Source: Macrostomum lignano
Lineage: Eukaryota
Length of the DNA: 64,000 nt
Direction of reading: 5' to 3'
Assembly: GCA_002269645.1 (NCBI GenBank)
Contig: NIVC01001756.1
Coordinates: 26,165-90,164 of the forward strand
A model generated the notes under the pieces. It had not been told where the DNA came from. It saw only the letters and a program-made list of their open reading frames with translations, and did not search any database. Made by a program: the position numbers and the translations under genes. The first letter of the stretch is position 1. Each line of letters opens with the position of its first letter. Of the stretch, positions 58,501 to 64,000 are shown one piece after another.

Positions 58501-61500
58501 TACTCCAAGAAACTCATAGAGGAGATCAGTAAAATTTCATATTTCGCCAACCCGCCGCCCCCCTATCGCCCAGACGCCAGCCTGCAGAGCGGCCTCTATC
58601 ACGAGTTCCGCCGCCTGGGCAGGATATTAGGCGTACAATTGCACGGCGGCATCCTAGAGGACAGGTACGCCACCGTTATGTACAGGCGCGCAGACGACGC
58701 CGAGCGCGCTCTGGAAACTACGCGCGCTGGCAAGCATTATTGCGGCGCCAATTTAAGCGTCAAACGCGCCGCCGATTCCGCCCATGTGGCGTCGCCTCAT
58801 CAGCAGCAGCAGCAGCAGCCGCCAGCTCAAGCCGACGATTCTACTTCTTCGTCTACTCTGCTATTGACTCAGTCTCCAGACGAGTACCACCCTAGGGCTA
58901 CGCGAACTCTGTTCGTAGGCAATCTGGATCCCAAAACTGTCTGGGAAACCGATTTGCGCGATGCGCTGTCTCGGTTTGGCAATGTTTTGGTGAGTCACCG
59001 TCTCAACTGTCTATTTTGTGTCGCATCTCACCATCTCAGTCTCCTCTCCCCGTACAAGATTGATGTCACTCTCTTAGTTCCTCTCTCCCCGTAGGATCTG
59101 ATCTCATCTCACCTTCCCAGTCTCTTCTCCCCGTACAGGATCTGATCTCACCCTCTGTCTCATTTCTCCCCGTACAGGATCTGATCTCACCCTCTCAGTT
59201 CCTCTCTCCCCGTACAGGATCTGATCTCACCCTCTCAGTCTCCTCACTCCCCGTACAGGATCTAATCTCACCCTCTCAGTTCCTCTCTCCCCGTACAGGA
59301 TCTGATCTCACCCTCTCAGTTCCTCTCTCCCCGTACAGGATCTAATCTCACCCTCTCAGTTCCTTTCTCCCCGTACAGGATCTGATCTCACCCTCTCAGT
59401 CTCATTTCTCCCCGTACAGGATCTGATCTCACCCTCTCAGTCTCCTCACTCCCCGTACAGGATCTAATCTCACCCTCTCAGTTCCTCTCTCCCCGTACAT
59501 GATATGATCTCACCCTCTCAGTTCCTCTCTCCCCGTACAGGATCTAATCTCACCCTCTCAGTTCCTCTCTCCCCGTACAGGATCTGATCTCACCCTCTCA
59601 GTTCCTTTCTCCCCGTACAGGATCTGATCTCACCCTCTCAGTCTCATTTCTCCCCGTACAGGATCTGATCTCACCCTCTCAGTCTCCTCACTCCCCGTAC
59701 AGGATCTGATCTCACCCTCTCAGTTCCTCTCTCCCCGTACAGGATCTGATCTCACCCTCTCAGTCTCCTCACTCCCCGTACAGGATCTGATCTCACCCTC
59801 TCAGTCTCATTTCTCCCCGTACAGGATCTAATCTCACCCTCTCTGTCTCATTTCTCCCCGTACAGGATCTGATCTCACCCTCTCAGTTCCTCTCTCCCCG
59901 TACAGGATCTGATCTCACCCTCTCAGTCTCCTCACTCCCCGTACAGGATCTGATCTCACCCTCTCAGTCTCCTCTCCCCGTTGGATCTGATCTCATAATC
60001 TCAGTCTTCTCTCTCCTCTTTCTCTGGCATCTAAACATAGTCTATGCGTTTTGTCTCTTCCTGGTCGAGCATCTAATCTCGTTTCTCTCTTCTCTTGTTG
60101 CCTAGCTTTTTTATTGTGGAACTTTAATATGGAGGCTTCTTAATTGTACTTCTAGAATTTGGATTTAATTGAGGCCTCTGTCGTTATTATAATTATTCAT
60201 ACACTTATAAATGGTTTGTTTTATTAGCCTACATCTACACACATATCATCTTCTGCTGTATTGCCTGAGTATGAGATGTAGAATAAACTTTTTAGTCGTG
60301 TTTCTAAACTGAACTGCAATTTCTGCAATATGCCCCCAGGGTCTGTCTAGCTGTATTCTTCTAGTCCAATAATAAGGCCACAATAGTTCTGGATGCTAAT
60401 TTTCCGTTAATTGTTCTAGTTTCCGCTACAAACTGGATCTGCCTAACATTCTTAAATGCATTTTTGCTTCTTCTTATTTGTCCTTTGTAAACTGTCTGGG
60501 ACTGTACACTCGCGTTCTTTTGTCTCGTCTCTGCTGATAATTCTTCTGACAACAACATGTGGGAAAAGAATTTGCGAGTTATTCTTCATTTACGTGTAGC
60601 AATTTGTACTTTCCAGTTGTCTATGGGCCTGACTTATTTCTATATGGCTATCTATTGGCCATAGACAGTTATTAGAGACAACTGCTTGCTAATGTTTGTT
60701 CCGACTCAACTCAAAACACGCTGGATTAATATTTAATCTACTTTGTTAATAAAAACCCTAAAATAAACTTCATCAGGACATCGACATCAAAATTCAAAGC
60801 AGCAACAGTAACAGCGGCTCCGGCAACACTGGTCCTGGCGGCAACAATAGCACCGGCAGCAGTTGCAGCGCCTACGCTTTCGTACAATTTCCCGATATTA
60901 AAAGCGTTGTTGGCGTGTTGAAACGGCCAGATACGGTTGCTTTGAAAGGCCAGAAGCCAAAGCTAGGATTCGGCCGCTCCCCGCCAACCGAGTGTCTCTG
61001 GTTGGGCAATCTGTCCGAGAACGTTAGCGAATCATTCCTATCTAAAACGTTCTCAACTTACGGTCGGGTTCGAAATGTTTGCTTAAATTTCAATCGATTA
61101 CGAGCTCTAGTATATTTTCATCATTCCGACGAGGCGCAGAAAGCTCTTATGGAGATGAAGAATCGTTATCTCTGCGGCAGGAAACTGCAAGCCGACTTTG
61201 CTAGCCAAAAGTGTCAGAGAGATTTCATGGAAGATCTGGCTAGGACTGGCGGCAAAAGTCGCAGCGGTTACAAGTGAGTACCGGCTTTGCTTGCTTCTTT
61301 TTCTGCTTTCTGCTTCCTTTTTATATCAGTTTAGTTTGTCTCTAGATTGCAGGGAATTTGTCTCTAGATTTGCAGGGAATTCGTCTCTAGATTTGCAGAG
61401 AATTCGTCTCTAGATTTGCAGGGAATTCGTCTCTAGATTTGCAGGGAATTCGTCTCTAGATTTGCAGGGAATTCGTCTCTAGATTTGCAGGGAATTCGTC

Positions 61501-63268
61501 TCTAGATTTGCAGAGAATTCGTCTCTAGATTTGCAGAGAATTCGTCTCTAGATTTGCAGGGAGTTTGTCTCTAGATTTAAAGGAAGTTTGTCTCTACAAG
61601 CATGCTTTTCAACTTTGTCAATCTGCTTTATCATCTGCACAGGATATTCGAGCAACTTTATCCGCCCGAATTCGATCGTGGCGCCGTCCACGGTCGCAGC
61701 GGCAGCAGTGGTGGCGGCGGCAGTGCTGGCGGCCGAGGCGGCAGCAAAGGTCGTTACCGCTCCGACATGGTGATTACGGATGATTATGTGAAATCGAATC
61801 ACAAGTCCTGGAGAAAATTTCGCGATCACCATTATGAAAGCTCGGGCGACCACTTCAGAAGGTATGTCTAGGAATTTCTTTAAACCACGATTTTTGTAAC
61901 GTGACATCCGCCACCCCCAGATCCCCAGTTACTGGACCAACCTCCCAGATCCTCAGTTGCTGAGCCATCAGCCTCTCAGATCCTCAGTTGCTGGGCCATC
62001 AGCCTCTCAGATCCTCAGTTGCTGGGCCATCAGCCTCCCAGATCCTCAGTTGCTGGGCCATCAGCCTCTCAGATCCTCAGTTGCTGGGCCAGCCTCCGGG
62101 CTTAAACTGAAGCTATTGATCCCACTAAAATCGCCGTCTCCTCTAACACCCCTCGCAGGCAAGACGAGTTCAGCTCGCCCTACTCCGATCAGAGCTACGC
62201 CGACGATTACCTGCCAGGCGGCGGTCGCGGCGGCCCGCAATCCAGCCGTAGCAGCAGTTCTCGCCGTCAGCACGGCGGCGGCGGTGGTAGCAGCCGCAGA
62301 CAGCAGCACCAGCACGGCTACAACCGGCCCCAGCCGGGAGCAACTTCCTCCCCGTCGGGCAGCGGCAGCCAGAAAGGCGGCGGCGGTCGCGGCTGGCGTC
62401 ACTCAAGCCGGTCGCCAACCAGCCACCACGGCGGCGCCAAGCATTCGGCAGACTCGTCGACTTCGTCTAGTCCGGTCAGGCCGGCGCTAGGCAGCGGCGA
62501 TCTTCGATCCCTACTCGAGCGCAGCAACAGTCGGCTGGCCTCTAATTCCTCTCGGCGTCGGCGTAGCGCCAGCAAAGGCTCCGGCGGCGGCGGCGAAAGA
62601 GCGACGTCCTCGTCTGGTCGGCGCGGCTTAGCCTCGGTGGCAACCCTGGCCGTGTCCACCGCCTCCTCGTTAGTCGCGTCGAATATCTCCGTTGGCGCCG
62701 CGTCGTTAGTTGCATCGACAGCGACAGTGTCGCATCCGCCGGCAACAACGGCCAGCATAGCGTCCAGCTGTTCAATCGCCGCTCCCATCAGTTCCACCAG
62801 CGCGTCATCGAATCGAATTAGCGCTTTGACTACTACTGCTGCTGCTGCTGCTGCTGGGCATCCAACTGCTAGTAGCAGACGTCGGGATTCCAGCAGCGAT
62901 TCCAATCTGTCCTCTGGAGAAGATGTCTCCAATGCTGTTATTGGCAACGAATCGGCATCCTCAGCAGCTGCCGTTGCTTCAAGTGTTGCCGCCGCTGCTA
63001 ATGCGGCCGCAGCGGCGGTAGCTGCCGCAGTCGCCGCCGGTCGCAGCAGCACCCAGGATATGTCGTTGAGAAAGCTGGAACAGGAGAAACAGATGCTGCT
63101 AGCTCAGTTGGCTAATCTAGAGGATGCCAGATCCGATTCCAGCGCAGATTCTGTAGCTGGCAGCGACGCTGAGAACTCGTCTAGAAAGAAGCGGCACAGA
63201 ACTGGCAGCGGTTCGACCGGAACGCCTCGACGCCAGAGACGCGGCCACGCTGTAGAGTCCAGGCACAG
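52516..63268 (+). CDS. SPEN: Split ends / SHARP (SPEN) family RNA-binding protein, 5' portion; continues beyond the last exon identified
   Basis: Exons 52516-52598, 53310-53516, 53643-53711, 57867-57994, 58574-58989, 60777-61273, 61643-61861, 62159-63268, phases consistent. RRM1 MKEETRYLWISELP matches SPEN MVRETRHLWVGNLP; RRM2 DASLQSGLYHEF; RRM3 RATRTLFVGNL...DIDIK...YAFVQF; KLGFGRSPPTECLWLGNL RRM4. The N-terminal RRM1 favours SPEN over RBM15. No SPOC domain in the window. Confidence 0.9.
55783..55956 (-). mobile_element. Foldback element, copy 2 (opposite orientation), SPEN intron 3
   Basis: Near-identical to the reverse complement of 41934-42109, including the asymmetric ends CCATGCTTGGG and GTATGG. 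Central GTCACGTGAC at 55867-55876. Confidence 0.85.
58008..58480. repeat. 21-bp minisatellite (CTTCAGTGCCATCCTCCTGTC), SPEN intron 4
   Basis: Read directly. Confidence 0.95.
59030..59995. repeat. 40-41-bp minisatellite (GATCTGATCTCACCCTCTCAGTTCCTCTCTCCCCGTACAG), SPEN intron 5
   Basis: Read directly; about 21 intact CCCCGTACAG cores. Confidence 0.95.
61337..61580. repeat. 23-bp minisatellite (GTCTCTAGATTTGCAGGGAATTC), SPEN intron 6
   Basis: Period 23 (61383, 61406). Confidence 0.95.
61915..62095. repeat. 31-bp minisatellite (CTCTCAGATCCTCAGTTGCTGGGCCATCAGC), SPEN intron 7
   Basis: Read directly. Confidence 0.9.
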
Positions 63269-63314
63269 GTTAGTTTGTTGGGTTAGGTAGATTTTTTTGC
63301 CGCTGGGAATCTGG

Positions 63315-63555
63315 GATTGGTTTTAGCGCCACTGGGCATTGGTTTTAGCGCCACTGGGCATTCGTTTGAGCGCCACTGGCTTTGGTTTTAGCGCCACTAG
63401 CATTGGTTTTAGCGTCACTGGGCATTGGTTTTAGCGTCACTAGCATTGGTTTTAGCGCCACTGGGCATTGGTTTTAGCGTCACTAGCATTGGTTTTAGCG
63501 CCACTGGTATTAGCGCCAATGGCATTGTTTTTAGCGCCACTGGTATTAGCGCCAT
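63315..63555. repeat. 22-bp minisatellite (TTAGCGCCACTGGGCATTGGTT), SPEN intron 8
   Basis: Read directly. Confidence 0.9.
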
Positions 63556-64000
63556 AGGTTTTTTAGCATTGGTTAGTGAAAGGCCGAGCTCTTAAAATAA
63601 GCTTCTGTATGATTGACGGAGACTAGGTTAGAACGGACGAGAAAGCACATTGTGGGGTTTTAGTTTTGGCTCTGCTGTGCCTGTATATTTACTATGCTGA
63701 GGTCTATATTGGCAAAACTAATTATAGCGCGCGTGCGTGAGAGGGAGAGAAGAGAGAAGGAAGGCTATACAAAAAATCTATTGTGTTCATTGCAGTACAA
63801 TAGTGTCGAGTAACTTATGCATGGGCTGACTGAGTTGGTTGGGTTGAATCTTACCTACCTCACCCACCTCATAACATCTCTTTTTTGTTTACACAAATTT
63901 CTGCCGTGGCTAGAAGTGCTGCTAGTAGATTTCTTAAAAAAATTATTAATATGATACTACACTTTATTAGTTATTATTCTTTGTTCATAATTTTTCATTC

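Noticed and set aside
62399-63052. 217-aa minus-strand Ala-rich ORF (also 62061-62402)
   Set aside because: Antisense shadow of the large low-complexity SPEN exon.

Overview
Gene-dense metazoan genomic DNA with spliced GT-AG genes. The poly-Q/poly-A-rich GC-rich exons and minisatellite-filled introns resemble the flatworm Macrostomum, but the species assignment is my inference only. I built exon models by hand and checked splice phase at each junction. The genes are: the 3' half of an MFS transporter (+), a rotund/lin-29/ZNF384-type C2H2 gene (-), WDR7 (11 exons, ~1295 aa), TMEM218, a calmodulin-like EF-hand gene (~171 aa, probable GC-AG intron), SLC2A13/HMIT (~607 aa) and the 5' part of SPEN (4 RRMs). 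Mobile DNA includes a decayed Chapaev-like transposase interrupted by a hAT element with 8-bp TSD, a second hAT element containing a nested MITE, a CORE-SINE fragment, a TIR MITE and two copies of a foldback element. The most striking structure is a 5'-to-3' polarity within genes. The 5' ends of four genes are nearly CpG-free, and a TIR pair on the boundary shows CpG decay in one arm only. First introns lack tandem arrays, while 20 of 31 modelled introns, all downstream, carry a minisatellite, many with splice-donor-like or acceptor-like units. Most long ORFs in the supplied track are repeat artefacts.
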